Shown here piece by piece: positions 13,003 through 26,188 of a stretch of 64,000 nt of DNA. The translations under genes and the position numbers were made by a program. Source of the DNA: Stegostoma tigrinum (taxonomy: Eukaryota); assembly GCF_030684315.1 (NCBI RefSeq), contig NC_081388.1, positions 22,427,015 to 22,491,014 of the forward strand, given 5' to 3'. The notes under the pieces are model-generated. The model ran no database searches and was not told the DNA's origin. It was given only the letters and a program-made list of their open reading frames with translations. Numbering within the stretch: position 1 is the stretch's first letter; each line of letters opens with the position of its first letter.

Positions 13003-13121
13003 CCCTCGCCTGCATCACCCACGATGCATCACTTTCCATCTCACTGTCATCGAGGAGATACCGAGGCCAAGAGCCAGGAAACGTGGCACTTCTGTGATTG
13101 CTCGTGTTTGTCTGTCCAGCT
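13003..13121 (-). CDS. RALGPS-like linker exon (AGQTNTSNHRSATFPGSWPRYLLDDSEMESDASWVMQAR)
   Basis: 119 bp, AG / GTGAGT, phase 2 to 1. Compare KSATFPNAGPRHLLDDSVME. Confidence 0.88.
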
Positions 13122-13866
13122 CTGTCAATATACAATCATGGGCAAGACAGCGCGTGGGGTGGGTTTGGGGGTAAAAACAGAGAGAAACAGCGAAGGCATT
13201 TAATCTGCAGCTGTAAGTAAAACCAACCCCTTCCACCAACCGCACTGATCCAAATCCATGGGTCTCTTTACACAGCAACACTCCCTCCGACCCCAGAGAC
13301 ACTCAGCTACAGGCAAAACAATAAGCACTCTCTCAGAGCGTTCGAGGGCAGCACATACCAACCCTGATTTTCAACTGGGGCTTCCCAAATGTCACAGAGA
13401 CGGACCACAGGAAGACACGCAGAGGGCTCACTCCAGTAACCCCCAATTCCACCCACACACATGGTCTCTCCCCACATTCTCTTCCCAAGAAACAGGGAGG
13501 GTCTCTCTGTGCCCACCACATGACCCCAACTCCCAGCGCACACCCCCCTTCACACTGCCCAGGCTGGGGAAGGCAACTGGGACATGATGCTATTGGTATC
13601 TGTTCACTATCTCCCAACGATGCAAACAGAAACAGGTCCCCAAAGCGTTACCACAACACACCATCATTAAAGTGGAGGGTTTGTGTCTCTCTTGCCCAGA
13701 GACAGACTGGCACGTTCGAAGGGAATCCGGGCTCGGCGCTGGTTTTGTTGCTGGGAGAATTGGTTGGGCTGTATTGGTCGCAGAGCAACAGCGTGTGTCA
13801 CCCTCCTCTAACATCCCACAGCCCTGTCCATCCTCTCAGAGATACCCCATAGGGACCATCACTCAC

Positions 13867-13972
13867 TTGTAATCGACACTCCGCCATCTTCGGTGCCCCC
13901 GCGTCAAAGACAGACATGTGACCGAGGCATCACCATGACAACGTTCCGTTTCCTCACTGGGGGAGAGGGAGC
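13867..13972 (-). CDS. RALGPS-like linker exon (GSLSPSEETERCHGDASVTCLSLTRGHRRWRSVDY)
   Basis: 106 bp, ttccttttcctcAG / GTGAGT, phase 1 to 2. Its end matches RALGPS2 GHRKCHSLGYN. Confidence 0.85.
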
Positions 13973-15554
13973 CTGAGGAAAAGGAAGACACAGAACCCTT
14001 TACAGTCTGGTCCACGATTAAAGCCTGGGCTGGATGTCAGCTGAATATACTCGCAGAATTTCAAAACAAAATACTTCACAACACAAACCAACATTTCTCC
14101 TACCTGCTGGGCATCACTTGGAAGGCCAGCATTTATTGCCTAGAGGGCAGGTAAGAGTCAATCACCTTGATGCTGGCCAGGAGTCACATGTAGCTCAGAC
14201 CAGGTAAGGGCAATGTGCCTTCTTCCCTGAAAGGACATCAGCTACCCCTCCCGGTTTTATAGGTAACACCCAATGTCCTACACAACATGGAGATGAGACC
14301 AGATGGAGAACAAGGAACACTATCCCCCACCCTCCAAGAATGCCCAAGGTCACGACCAGTGCCCAGGACCCCAGCAGACGCACCCACTTAGCTTCTGGAA
14401 TGGCAGACCACCCACCCAGACTCCCCAGCCTGAGAAGAAGCAGACACCTTACCAGGAAATGGGGGAGACACTGTAACCCATAGGTGAGACTGAAACAAGT
14501 CCAGAGAAGCTCGCCTTGCAATCCATTAAACAGAGTGCAAAAAGTGGTTTAACCTGCCTCTCAACATTTCTCCCCACACCCCCCACCAACCTGTTATAAA
14601 GGAATGGTTAAATGAGAGAGATTCGGATACTCACTTTATAATCAACAAGTAATAATGCATTCATCTAATGCTAAACAAATTAACAGAACTACAAGCAAAC
14701 CAAAGAATTTTCCCTTAACTATTAAATATTTCAAAATAAAACAAAATTCTAATGGTATGCTGTTCCAATTGGTATAAATCCCACATTTATAACCCAACTT
14801 AATAAAAAAAATTCAAACTTAATCTCTCAAAATTACAGCCTGACTAAGTCTTCCAGAATGCTGCCCGCCCTTACCACCGATCCTCAGTCAGGAATGCCTT
14901 TCTCCATGGAATATTCGCTAAGAGTACCATTATACCTTCAGTTCAGACGATGGTTTTCTGAGAGCTTAGAGAATTCCTTGAGAGTCAGTGATTCTTTCTT
15001 CTACAGCCAACAGCTGTTCTCTTGGCAGATGAAAGTTGACTCTCGCACCGATTTTCAAACGCTCTCTTCTTTTAGAACCTTGATGATCTACGACAGACTC
15101 TTATTTATTGACTTTAGCTATGCCTTCAACACCATAATTCCAACAAGTCACCTTCAGACTCCAAGACCTAGGACTCTGCTCCCTGCTGTGCAAGTGGATT
15201 CTTGACTCTGACTCACAGACCGCAATCTAAGGATAGGTGAGAATACCTCAACGATAATCCTCAACATCGGTGCCCCGCAAGGCTACATACTCAGCCCTTT
15301 ATGATAGCCCCTATTGGCTCACGACTCAAGCCAAATTCAGCTCTAACTCCATTTATAAATTTGCTGTTGATGCCGCTGTGGTGGATAGGATCTCAAACAG
15401 TAGAGTACAGGCAAGAGATAGGCAGCTTAGTAGCATAGTGTAAAGACCCATAATCTCTCCCTCAATGTCAGTAAAATGAAGGAGTTTGTCATCTTCAGGA
15501 GGAGGAGTAGTGGACATAGCCCTGTCTGTATCAATGGTGCCAAGAGGGAGGGGT

Positions 15555-15840
15555 TCATAGAATCCCTACACTGTAGAAACAGGCCATTCGGCCCAATAAG
15601 TCCACACCAACCCTCCAAAGAGCATCCGCCTCGACTCACCACTGCGCCTTCCTTATCCCTATAGTCCTTCATTTCCCATGGCTAATCCACCCTAACCTGC
15701 ATATCCTTGGACTGTGGGAAGAAACTGGAGCATCCGGAGGAAACCCGTGCAGATGCAGGGAAGCGTCTGTGTGGAGTTTGCACGGTCACCCGAGGCTGGA
15801 ATGAACCTGGATCCCTGGCATTCTGAAGCAGCTGTGCTAG
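15555..15840 (-). mobile_element. HE1-like tRNA-derived SINE
   Basis: Same core as 20690-20948 and 36340-36600, with a small internal rearrangement. Confidence 0.65.
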
Positions 15841-16019
15841 CGTGGTTGAGAGGTTCATGTGTCAAGGAGGAAATATCACCAATCTATCCTGGTTCACCCA
15901 TGTTTACAGTACAGTTAGGAAAGCCCACCCCAATGCCACGGCTTCCTCAGGAGGCTAAGGAAATTTAGCATGTCCACGATGACTCTTACCAACTTTTATA
16001 GATGCACCACAGAAAGCAC

Positions 16020-17153
16020 TCTGAGATAACAAGGTGTACAGCTGGATGAACACAGCAAGAAAGATGACGTTTTGGGTCTGGGCCCTTCTTCAGAAATGGA
16101 GGGAGGGGAAGGCGATTCTGAAATAAAGAGGTGGGGGCAGGCAATGATAGGTGGGTAAAGGAGAAGGTAGGTGGAGAGGAGACAGACAGGTCAAGGAGGC
16201 CGGAATGGAGTCAGGAAAGGTGAGTGTAAGTGGGGAGTCAGGATAGGGGTTGGTCAGTCAAGGAAAGACAGACAGGTCAAGGGAGGTGGGGATGATGCTG
16301 GTCTCTCCCTCTCTGTCACTCCCTTGTTCGCTCCAAACTCCCCTCCAACCCCACCACACCCAGCACCTTCCCCTGCAACCGCAGGAAATGCTACACTTGT
16401 CCCCACACCTCCTCCCTCACCCCCACCCCAGGCCCCAAGATGACTTTCCATATTAAGCAGAGGTTCACCTGCACATCTGCCAATGTACCCGGTGTGGCTT
16501 CCTCTACATTGGGGAAACCAAGCGGAGACTTGGGGACCGCTTTGCAGAACACCTCTGCTCAGTTTGCAATAAACAACTGCACCTCCCAGTCACGAACCAT
16601 TTCCACTCCCCCTCCCATTCTTTAGATGACATGTCCATCATGGGCCTCCTGCAGTGCCACAATGATGCCACCCGAAGGCTGCAGGAACAGCAACTCATAT
16701 TCCACCTGGGAACCCTGCAGCCCAATGGTATCAATGTGGACTTCACAAGCTTCAAAATCTCCCCAACCCTGATCAAAACCAGCCCAGCTCATCCCCGCCT
16801 CCTTGACCTGTCCATCGTTTCTCCACCTGCCCGCTCCTCCCACCTCACTGACCAACCCCTACCCCCATCCCGCCTTGACCCCCACCTACACTCACCTTTA
16901 CTGGCTCCATCCCTGCCTTCTTGGTCTGTCAGTCAATCTCCTCTTCACCTACCTGCTCCTTTAGCCATCTTCCATCTGCCTCCCCCCACAACTTATTTCA
17001 GAGCCCCCTTCCTCTCCGCCATTTCTGAGGAAGGGTCCAGACCCAAAATGTCAGCTTTCCTGCTCCTCAGATGCTGCTTGGCCTGCTGTGTTCATCCAGC
17101 TCCACACCGTGTTATCTCCGATTCTCTAGCATCGGCAGTTCCTACTATCTCAG
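16020..17153 (+). mobile_element. Penelope-like element fragment with inverted pLTR
   Basis: GIY-YIG C-terminus (QEQQLIFHLGTLQPNGIN), inverted pLTR at 16020-16290, AGAAAG duplicated at 16011-16016 and 17154-17159. Confidence 0.85.
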
Positions 17154-17516
17154 AGAAAGACCCTATCTGGACGTATCACAGTGTGGGTTGGTAATGACTC
17201 TGCCCAAGACTGCAAGAAACTACAGAGAGTTGTGAACACATCCCAGTCCATCACAAACCCCAGCCTTCCCTTCCATTGACTCTCTCTGTACTTCCCACTG
17301 CCTTAGGAAAGCAACCAAAGACCCCTCCCACCCCACTGAGAGTCTTCTCTACCACTTTTCCACTGAGCAGCAGATACAAACACATGAAAACACATACCAG
17401 ACTTGAGAACCATTTCTTCCCCGCTGTTATCAGACTTATGAATGGACCTCTCATATTAGAGTTGACTTTTCTCTGCACCTGCTCTATAGCTGTAACAGGG
17501 ACCCGACCCGAAACCT

Positions 17517-17544
17517 GACGTTTCGGGCCTAGACCTTTCATCAG
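17517..17544 (-). ncRNA. Minimal hammerhead ribozyme core
   Basis: Minus strand reads CTGATGA-AAGGTCTAGGCCC-GAAACGTC. Confidence 0.6.
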
Positions 17545-19898
17545 AGACGGGGATGGGGAGAGGGTTCTGGAATAAATAGGGAGAGAGGGGGAGGCGGACC
17601 GAAGATGGAGAGAAAAGAAGATAGGTGGAGAGGAGAGTATAGGTGGGGAGGTAGGGAGGGGATAGGTCAGTCCAGGGAAGACGGACAGGTCAAGGAGGTG
17701 GGATGAGGTTAGGTAGGAAATGGAGGTTCCAACCTCTCCCCCGCAGAACGGGCAGCCCTCCACTCCAACCCCAACCTCACCATCAAACCCGCAGACAAGG
17801 GTGGCGCAGTGGTAGTATGGCGCACTGACCTCCACATCGCCGAGGCCAAACGCCAACTCTCCGACACCTCCTCCTACCGCCCCCTTGATCATGACCCCAC
17901 CCCCGAGCACCAAACCATCATCTCCAACACCATTCATGACCTCATCACCTCAGGGGACCTCCCACCCACAGCCTCCAACCTCATTGTTCCCCAACCCCGC
18001 ACGGCCCATTTCTATCTCCTTCCCAAAATCCACAAACTTGCCTGCCCTGGTCGACCCATCGTCTCAGCCTGTTCTTGCCCCCACCGAACTCAACTCCACC
18101 TATCTGGACTCCATTTTCTCTCCTTTGGTCCAGGAACTCCCTACCTACGTCCGTCACACTACCCACGCCCTCCACCTCCTCCAGGACTTCCAATTCCCTG
18201 GCCCCCAACACCTCATTTTCACCATGGATGTCCAGTCCCAATACACCTGTATTCCTCATGCAGATGGCCTCAAGGCCCTCCGCTTCTTCCTGTCCCGCAG
18301 GCTCGACCAGTCCCCCTCCACCGACACCCTCATCCGCCTAACCGAACTCGTTCTCACCCTCAACAACTTCTCTTTCGATTCCTCCCACTTCCTACAGACA
18401 AAGGGGGTGGCCATGGGCACCCGCATGGGCCCAAGCTATGCCTGCCTCTTTGTAGGTTACGTGGAACAGTCCCTCTTCCGCACCTACACAGGCCCCAAAC
18501 CCCACCTCTTCCTCCGTTACATTGATGACTGTATTGGCACCACCTCTTGCTCCCCAGAGGAGCTCGAACAGTTCATCCACTTCACCAACACCTTCCACCC
18601 CAACCTCAAGTTCACCTGGGCCATCTCCAACACATCCCTCACCTTCCTGGGCCTCTCAGTCTCCATCTCAGGCAACCAGCTAGTTACTGATGTCCATTTC
18701 AAGCCCACCGACTCCAACAGCTACCTAGAATACACCTCCTCCCACCCACCCTCCTGCAAAAATTCCATCCCCTATTCCCAATTCCTCCACCTCCGCCACA
18801 TCTGCTCCCACGATGAGGCATTCCACTCCCGCACATCCCAGATGTCCAAGTTCTTCAAGGACCGCAACTTTTCCCCCCCCGCAGTGGTCGAGAATGCCCT
18901 TGACGCGTCTCCCGCATTTCCCGCAACACATCCCTCACACCCCACCCCCGCCACAGCCACCCAAAGAGGATCCCCCTCGTTCTCACATACCATCCCACCA
19001 ACCTCCGGATACAACGCATCATCCTCCGACACTTCCACCATCTACAATCCCCACCACGTAAGACATTTTTCCATCCCCACCCCTGTCTGCTTTCCGGAGA
19101 GACCACTCTCTCCGTGACTCCCTTGTTCGCTCCACGCTCCCCTCCAACCCCACCACACCCGGCACCTTCCCCTGCAACCACAGGAAATGCTACACTTGCC
19201 CCCACACCACCTCCCTCACCCCTATCCCAGGCCCCAAGATGACTTTCCACATTAAGCAGAGGTTCACCTGCACATCTGCCAATGTGGTATACTGTATCCA
19301 TTGTAGCCAGTGTGGCTTCCTCTACATTGAGGAAACCAAGCAGAGGCTTGGGGACCGCTTTGCAGAACACCTCCGCTTGGTTCGCAATAAATAACTGCAC
19401 CTCCCAGTTGCGAACCATTTTAACTCCCCCTCCCATTCTTTAGATGACATGTCCATCATGGGCCTCCTGCAGTGCCACAAGGATGCCACCTGACGGTTGC
19501 AGGAACAGCAACTCATATTCCGCTTGGAAACCCTGCAGCCCAATGGTATCAATGTGGACTTCACCAGCTTCAATATCTCCCCTTCCCCCACCGCATCCCA
19601 AAACCAGCCCAGTTCATCCCCTCCCCCCACTGCATCCCAAAACCAGCCCAGCCTGTCTCTGCCTCCCTAACCTGTTCTTCCTCTCACCCATCCCTTCCTC
19701 CCATCTCAAGCCGCACCTCCTTTTCCTACCTTCTAACCTCATCCCACCTCCTTGACCTGTCCGTCTTCTCTGGACTGACCTATCCCCTCCCTACCTCCCC
19801 ACCTATACTCTCCTCTCCACCTATCTTCTTTTCTCTCCATCTTCGGTCCTCCTCTCCCTCTCTCCCTATTTATTCTGGAGCCCTCTCCATCCCCCTCT

Positions 19899-19926
19899 CT
19901 GAAGAAGGGTCTAGGCCCGAAACGTC
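19899..19926 (+). ncRNA. Minimal hammerhead ribozyme core
   Basis: CTGAAGA AGGGTCTAGGCCC GAAACGTC. Confidence 0.65.
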
Positions 19927-20363
19927 AGCTTTTGTGCTCCTGAGATGCTGCCTGGCCTGCTGTGTTCCTCCAGCTCGACACTGTGTTATCTCAGACTCCA
20001 GCATCTGCAGTTCTAACTAACACTATTTTCTGCATTCTGTTCTATTACCACGATGTACTGATGTGAGGAATTATTTGTCTGGTTAGCATGGGAAACAATG
20101 CTTTTCACTGTACCCCAGTATATGTGACAATAATAAATCAAATTCAATAATGGTGGTTAGCACAGTCACCATCATGAAGACTAGCCCAGATTTTTGAACT
20201 GAATTTAGATTCCACTGGGTGTTCCCAGAACATGAGCCTGTGTCTGGATAACTAGTCCACAGTCAGAAACAATACACACTGTTTCTCGATCAATCAACTT
20301 CAGCCTCTGAGAATTGCCAGTTTGTTTACAGGGTTTATGGCAGGATTTGAAGAATAGTCTCAC

Positions 20364-20428
20364 CTCGAGAGTCTCGTGTGGAATCCGGATGCTGAGCACA
20401 TGTTGCAGGCTGGATCATCAGAGATCGC
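20364..20428 (-). CDS. RALGPS-like exon (RSLMIQPATCAQHPDSTRDSR)
   Basis: 65 bp, tctttctacAG / GTGAGA, phase 2 to 1. Compare LSLKIEPGTSTPRSAASREDLV. Confidence 0.85.
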
Positions 20429-20689
20429 CTGTAGAAAGATACCAAAACACAAAACTTTTAGGGCTCCATAAACAGTTCAAACAATGCACTAACCTGGAAA
20501 TTATTCACTCTAAGTCACTGTGACCAGGTGGATACAAATGGAACACTTCCCATCTGAAATACTCATAGCCTCAGTGTTCAGTTAGACACAGGATGAAGCC
20601 CATTTGATCAATTCCAAATTCCTCAATTTAACACATTCACTCTCTCCAGTTACTGGCATCCTCACCCTGCCTCTCCCACATCATCTCAG

Positions 20690-20948
20690 AATCACAGAAT
20701 CCATTGTGTGGAAACACGCCATTTGGCCCATAGGGTCTGCACTGACCCTCCAAACAGCATCACACACGGCAACCCTATCCCTGCATTTCCCACGGCCAAT
20801 CCACCCAATCTTTGGACTGTGGGAGGAAACTGGAGCACCCGGAGGGAATGCACACAGACACAGGGAAAATGTGCAAACTCCACACTGACATTCACCTGAG
20901 GCTGGAATTGAACCCGGGTCCCTGGCGCTGAGAGGCACCGTGCCACCT
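20690..20948 (-). mobile_element. HE1-like tRNA-derived SINE
   Basis: Minus strand has B box GGTTCAATTCC, core GTGTGGAGTTTGCACATTTTCCCTGTG...CTCCGGGTGCTCCAGTTTCCTCCCACA and a CR1-like tail. Confidence 0.75.
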
Positions 20949-21139
20949 CATGTTCTATTTTTGTGAACATAATCCATATCCCAGTCCTCTCCCTAATTCC
21001 GTTTGGGTGATGGTGCGTTCTGAAACACAGCCAGCATTCCCATCAGTAAAGTTTCATTCCTCTCCTGGTTGGGGAAGTAGTAAAAGCTGACCTTTTGGAT
21101 AATTTCCTCACTGAAAGCACAGCCAAGTGCAGAACTAAC

Positions 21140-21230
21140 CTGTAGTTGTCCTGCTCCAAGAATCCCTGCAGTTCCTCGATGTATCTCTGGGAATTCAGGT
21201 ATTTCTGCACGTGAGGCAACGTCGGAAGGT
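21140..21230 (-). CDS. RALGPS-like exon, CDC25 end ([30 protein letters not shown])
   Basis: 91 bp, AG / GTTAGT, phase 1 to 2. Close match to [27 protein letters not shown]. Confidence 0.95.
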
Positions 21231-22154
21231 CTGCAAATCATCCAAGTCAGACCGTGAGGAGAAAATATGAGAGACAGCAGGAGAGGCGGAGACAGGCAAG
21301 AATGTTAACAGACTCCCACCCTCACTCGAAGTATCAATGAATCCATCAGACATTGCCAACAATTTAATCACAACACAGTGTGATTAGTGACAGCGTCTAA
21401 AGTTGCAATGAGCTCACTCCTCATCAGTGCCACCAGACCCATTAAAAACAGATGGTCTGTCATGAAGCAGAGCTAATGTCAATGGTGAGTAACTCAGAGG
21501 GCTTGAGTTCAGTTCCCAGCAGGGCGCAATTTAAACTCCATTAATGAATCCAGAATTGCAAGCTCACCTCAGGGAAAACAGAGAGAAGAAACACTTTGGT
21601 TCGCTAATACGAAGCTTTTACTCGCCAGAAACTTGATTAAAACATACAAGATTCTCAGCAGCTTGAAAGGGTAGATTTCCCCCTACGATGGAGTCCTTGG
21701 CCAGTGGGAATAATCTCAGAGTAAAGAGTTACAGTGGAGATGGAGAGGACTTTGCTTGTCTCAGTGACAAGTGAATCTGGGGAATTCTTTGCTGTAGAGA
21801 GCTGTAGAGGCTGGGTCACTAACTATATGCAAGGCTGAGATAGATATTCTTAATCAGCGCGGGAATCAGGGGTTACAGGGAAAAAGGCAGGAAAATGAGG
21901 ATGATCAAATCAGCTGTGATCCCAGAACTAGAGGGCATTATCAATGGGCTGAATGGCCTACTTTCTGCTCCTAAGTCTACGGTCACTGCTGGGTATTGTA
22001 ACCAGCTGCCAGTGCTGGGTGTCAAATACGTCAGCTGCCTCTCCTGATTTAAATGGGCTCCATTCTATGCAAGTATCTCTTCTGGGCCAGCAGGTGGACT
22101 TTACTGAGAAAGACGCAAAAAGTTAAAGCAGCCCACAGTCTCATTTCACCCAAA

Positions 22155-22345
22155 AGACAACAAAATCAGAAGTCACATGACACCAGGTAATAATCCAACA
22201 GGTTTATTTGAAATCACAAGCTTTTGGAGCGCCGCTCCTTCATCAGGAGCAAGCTGTGACTTCAGGTAAACCTGTTAGACTAGAACCTTGTGTTGTGTGA
22301 CTTTCTGACCTTGTCCACCCCAGTCCAACACCAGCATCTCCTCAA
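22155..22345. mobile_element. Palindromic Penelope-pLTR derivative (third family) with degenerate hammerhead core
   Basis: Imperfect inverted arms around minus-strand CTGATGA-AGGAGCGGCGCTCC-AAAAGCTT. Confidence 0.55.
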
Positions 22346-22372
22346 CAACAGATGATGGTCAGAGACGATTAC

Positions 22373-22510
22373 CGTATTCACAGAACTGCTGAAAGTCAAA
22401 GATGACACGTAAAACATTATTGATCAGATCACAGCGATGCTTCTTCTCCAAGGTTCCTGTCGACTGTGGAAATGCAGCATCAATGTAGGTGAGGTCGGAC
22501 AAATAAATCC
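22373..22510 (-). CDS. RALGPS-like exon, CDC25 domain (GIYLSDLTYIDAAFPQSTGTLEKKHRCDLINNVLRVIFDFQQFCEY)
   Basis: 138 bp, tcccttccAG / GTAATC, phase 1 to 1. First exon after the ANGPTL-containing intron. Confidence 0.95.
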
Positions 22511-25500
22511 CTGGAAGGGACAAGGAGCCCAGTGTCAGAGATACCAAACTCGAGGGCTCTTTCTGAAATACAAGTCTTTTGATGGTTATTAAATTTCACA
22601 AAGTGAGGGATGGTAAGCTGTTGCATCACAAATGTTTCCTTAACCAGCATCACTGGTACATTAACCAGGTCATTGACTCTTTGTATGTGGGATCTTGTTG
22701 TGCACAAATTGGGAGCTGTCAATGTTAGTATACAAAGATAACTCTTCTTAAAGCTAACTTCATCTCAAGGCAATCCAGAGGTTATGGAAGACGTTACAGA
22801 AATATTTCTTCGTACTTTCCTTCATTTCACACAGGCAGTGTCTGGTCCAGCACAAGTCATCCTGTCACTCAGTAAAACTTTTTTGGTCTTTCTGGGAAAT
22901 ATACACTCGCTTCAGAAAGGCAGCTCCTCCCCAACTGACACCCTCCTTCGGTTTGCTGCACAGTGGTATTGTTGCTGGGCTGTTAATCTAGGGACCCTAC
23001 CCCCCAGAGACCAGGGTTCAAGTCCTGCCAGGGCAGATGGGTTTTGAGTTCAATAAAAATCTGGAATTAGAAGTTTAACGACGACCATCTGGTTCACTAA
23101 TGTCCTTTAGGGAGGAAATCTGCCATCCTTACCTAGTCTGGTCAACATGTGACTCCAGGCCCACAGCAGTGTGGGTTGACTCATAACTGCCCCCTTCTGG
23201 GCAATTAGGGATGGGGGATTAAATGCTGGACTAGCCAGTGACACCCTGGATGATTAAAAAATAAAATCCCACAGGGAGCTGGATCCACATTTGAACATTT
23301 TAATTCGGGAACACACCCCACCCCTCTGAAAGGGCAGGGTGGGGTTACTACACTAACAGTGAGAACTGAATCCTCAACCTGAAAACTACAGAGATCTTTT
23401 AAAATTCATTTCTGAGATGTTAGCATTTATTATCTATCCTCATTTGCCCTTGGGAAGATTTTGGTGAGCCTGTGCGCAGGTACAGCTTCAAAACTTTGTT
23501 CTGTAACAGTGGGATAGAACAGGGTGACTCGCTCAGCGATTTCCGAAAACATTTAAGAGTTAACCACATTGTTGTGTATAGTGATTGACATTGGGCAGGC
23601 CACAAGTGGCAAGTTTCTACCAAGACAGGCTCACTGAATGTAGAGTTGTGTAAAATTTGGCAGTTTCATTACTATGAATAGGATTAACACTATTTCAGGT
23701 TTACCCATTCATTTGAAATTTCCCTAGTTTGAACTCCTCTCTCTAGCGCAGTAGTTTTGAGCCTCTGGACTACTAACCAAGTAATAAGTGCTACCTTACC
23801 ACAATTGTATTAAACTTGGAAACATGACAATTCTGAACTTTTTGAAGGCACGAGATCAAAAGTGAATTCAGACAGTTTCTGAATCTCCTGCAAAACTCCA
23901 GGTCAGAGTGACATAAGCAGGCAGCTCAGCAGTGCATCCTTGAACTAAAATGAGAGCAACTCTGGGTAAATACTGTTAAATATTTCCCACCACTTCTCTG
24001 GGGGGAATGTTCCAGTTCTGCAAACATTCACCAGGGGAGGTAGCAATCAGCTCACCCTGGCTGTCGACCAGTGCCATATCACTTCCTTCCTGTCCCTGCC
24101 CAACCTCCCTCCCCCTCTTCTGAACATAACCCATCTGCTCAAACTCTAAACAACACTGCAGCCTGCTGTGTACTGGGGGAGGTGGGGGCTTGCTGGCCTT
24201 TGTCAAATGATTAAATGATTGGATTTATGTAGCACCATTCACAACCTCAAGACATCCCAATATACTGTATTGAAGTACTTTAGGAGCTAGTCACCCAACA
24301 TGATACTAAGGTGGACACCCAGATCAGCGATTCCCAACAATATCACCCAAGTAAGTGATGTGAAGGAAGTGATGCACATTCCAGGGCCTAACCTGATCAC
24401 CTCAAACTGACTGTTATCAGGGATGGACAATGGGCAGTCCCTCAGCCTGGCCTGGCCGGACACTGCACCCGGAGGCTGCTGGACCTGGACAGCAACCGTA
24501 AACGGAGTCACCCCATCCCTCACCCGATGGTAACGGAGGGTGGTGCAGGTTTCGAGCCAAGGCAGGAACTCAAGTTGGAGTGGACCGAGAGTGAGAAAGT
24601 GTGTCTGCAGGTGTGTGAATGTGTGCAAGAATGTGTGCGAGATCGTGAGAGTGTGTACATGTGGGTGTACAGATGTGCTGGCATGAACGAGAGTGTCCAC
24701 ATATAAGTGTATGTGTGCAGGTGAGTAAATAAATGTGTATGGGTGAGCGAGCGCAAGGGTGAGTGAGCTCATGCAAGAATGTGTAAAAGTGAGGGCGTGA
24801 GAGCAATTACGAGTGTGTTGTGAACCCTGGGCCAAATATGATGCGGGGAAATGGTAGAGATCAGCAATTCTCCACAGTCGAATAAACTCAAAGTCTCAAT
24901 TTCAAATGGATTATATGGTTAACAATGAAAAACAACTGATATCTGTAGACTGCCTTTAAAAGGTGATGAAACTTCCCAAGAATGTTATAAAACAAGGTGC
25001 AACACCAAGCCATCCAAGGAGATATTAGGCCAGGTGACCAAAATCTTGGGCCAATAGGAAGGTTTTACAAGTGTCTGAAAGGAGGAAAGTGACCGAGGGG
25101 TTTAGAAAAGCAACACCAGAGCTTAATACCCAGGCCAGAGCGCATTATAAAGCAACACATTGAACTGGGATTTTTACAGAACATTCCTGCCGGTTCCTGG
25201 GCAGTTTGAGGCCCTCCTGAAAGCTCACCAACAGCTCTGGACGCACTCACTATCTGTAAATCCCTCAGTTCAGTAAATAAACCCGAGATAACTGCTTCAA
25301 AACAACACAATTTAGTGAGCTATTGTTTAAACATTGAGGCCACTGACCCGAATGTATACTTTACAATCCACTCTCACATCCATTTTGGTCATGGTTGACA
25401 AATAGTTGCAGATTTGTTTGTAAAGTGAAGTAACCTCTCTTGTCCTGTAAATGCCTTTTGCTTTCCCAGTTCCCACTGCTTCCCTCTCCTGAAGGTACTG

Positions 25501-26061
25501 GCTTAATAGAGCGGACACACAGAGACACGCTACGGGAATGCAGGCTAATCTTTTCAGTGTCTCAGCTCAGGATAGTTCAGGCCAGTTTTAACACATTAGC
25601 CCAGTCAGGCTAAAATCTCAGCCCAGAGAATAATCGCGCTGGCTCAGCCACTGAAAGAACAGGGGAAGGTCAGCAGTTTTGCTTTGGCAGTATTGCACAG
25701 CAGTGGATCCTCACTCAGCGACTGTGTGTTGGTGTGACAGTCAGCACCATGCTTTGGATATTTTAAACTGCTTTCTCACTTCCTCAACCACTTGGTGTAA
25801 GTCGGTCCTGCTTCAAGCAGGGTCAACACTCACTCCAGGAACTGGGACACAAAATCCAGGCCAACATTGGCAAAGGTGGTGGTGGTGGGGGAGTGCCACA
25901 CTGGTTGAGGTGAAGACTTTCCATCAAGCCATCAAACCGAAACCCTGTCTGGGTTTTCAGGTTAATGAAAAGGTTTCCATTGAACAATTTAAAACGAATA
26001 GCAAAGTTCCTCCCAGAGACCTGGTCAACATTTATCCCTCAATCAACATCACAAAAAACAT

Positions 26062-26188
26062 CAGAGATAATGGGAACTGCAGATGCTGGAGAATCCAAGA
26101 TAATAAAGTGTGAAGCTGGATGAACACAGCAGGCCAAGCAGCATCCCAGGAGCACAAAAGCTGACATTTCGGGCCTAGACCCTTCATC
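26062..26188 (-). mobile_element. Solo Penelope pLTR fragment
   Basis: Near-identical to 3616-3742; truncated inside the CUGAUGA box. Confidence 0.8.

Larger units (their letters stand above)
17498..20017 (+). mobile_element. Penelope-like element: RT + GIY-YIG endonuclease (frameshifted, 5'-truncated) with inverted pLTR
   Basis: RT motifs FYLLPKIHK, TMDVQSQYT, GVAMGTRMGPSYA, RYIDD in ORFs 17809 and 17885; GIY-YIG near 19290; inverted pLTR 17515-17725; TAACA on both flanks. Confidence 0.93.
15085..20145 (+). mobile_element. Degenerate Rex/Babar-type LINE split by three later insertions
   Basis: RLLFIDFSYAFNTIIP, then GAPQG-like, KFAxD-like and FLRRLRKF-like segments at 15085-15550, 15850-16015 and 17155-17497, with a 3' tail at 20020-20145. 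Confidence 0.7.

Noticed and set aside
14453-14514. Minus-strand exon candidate with donor GTAAGG
   Set aside because: No RALGPS similarity; lengths of 37 or 62 nt break the frame between 20364 and 13972; exon 20364-20428 already fills that role.
17809-19117. Active or domesticated reverse transcriptase gene
   Set aside because: 5'-truncated Penelope copy with frameshifts near 18080 and 18870-19050 and stops in the endonuclease region.
24287-24835. His/Thr-rich 182-aa ORF
   Set aside because: It is a translation of a degenerate (TG)n low-complexity tract.
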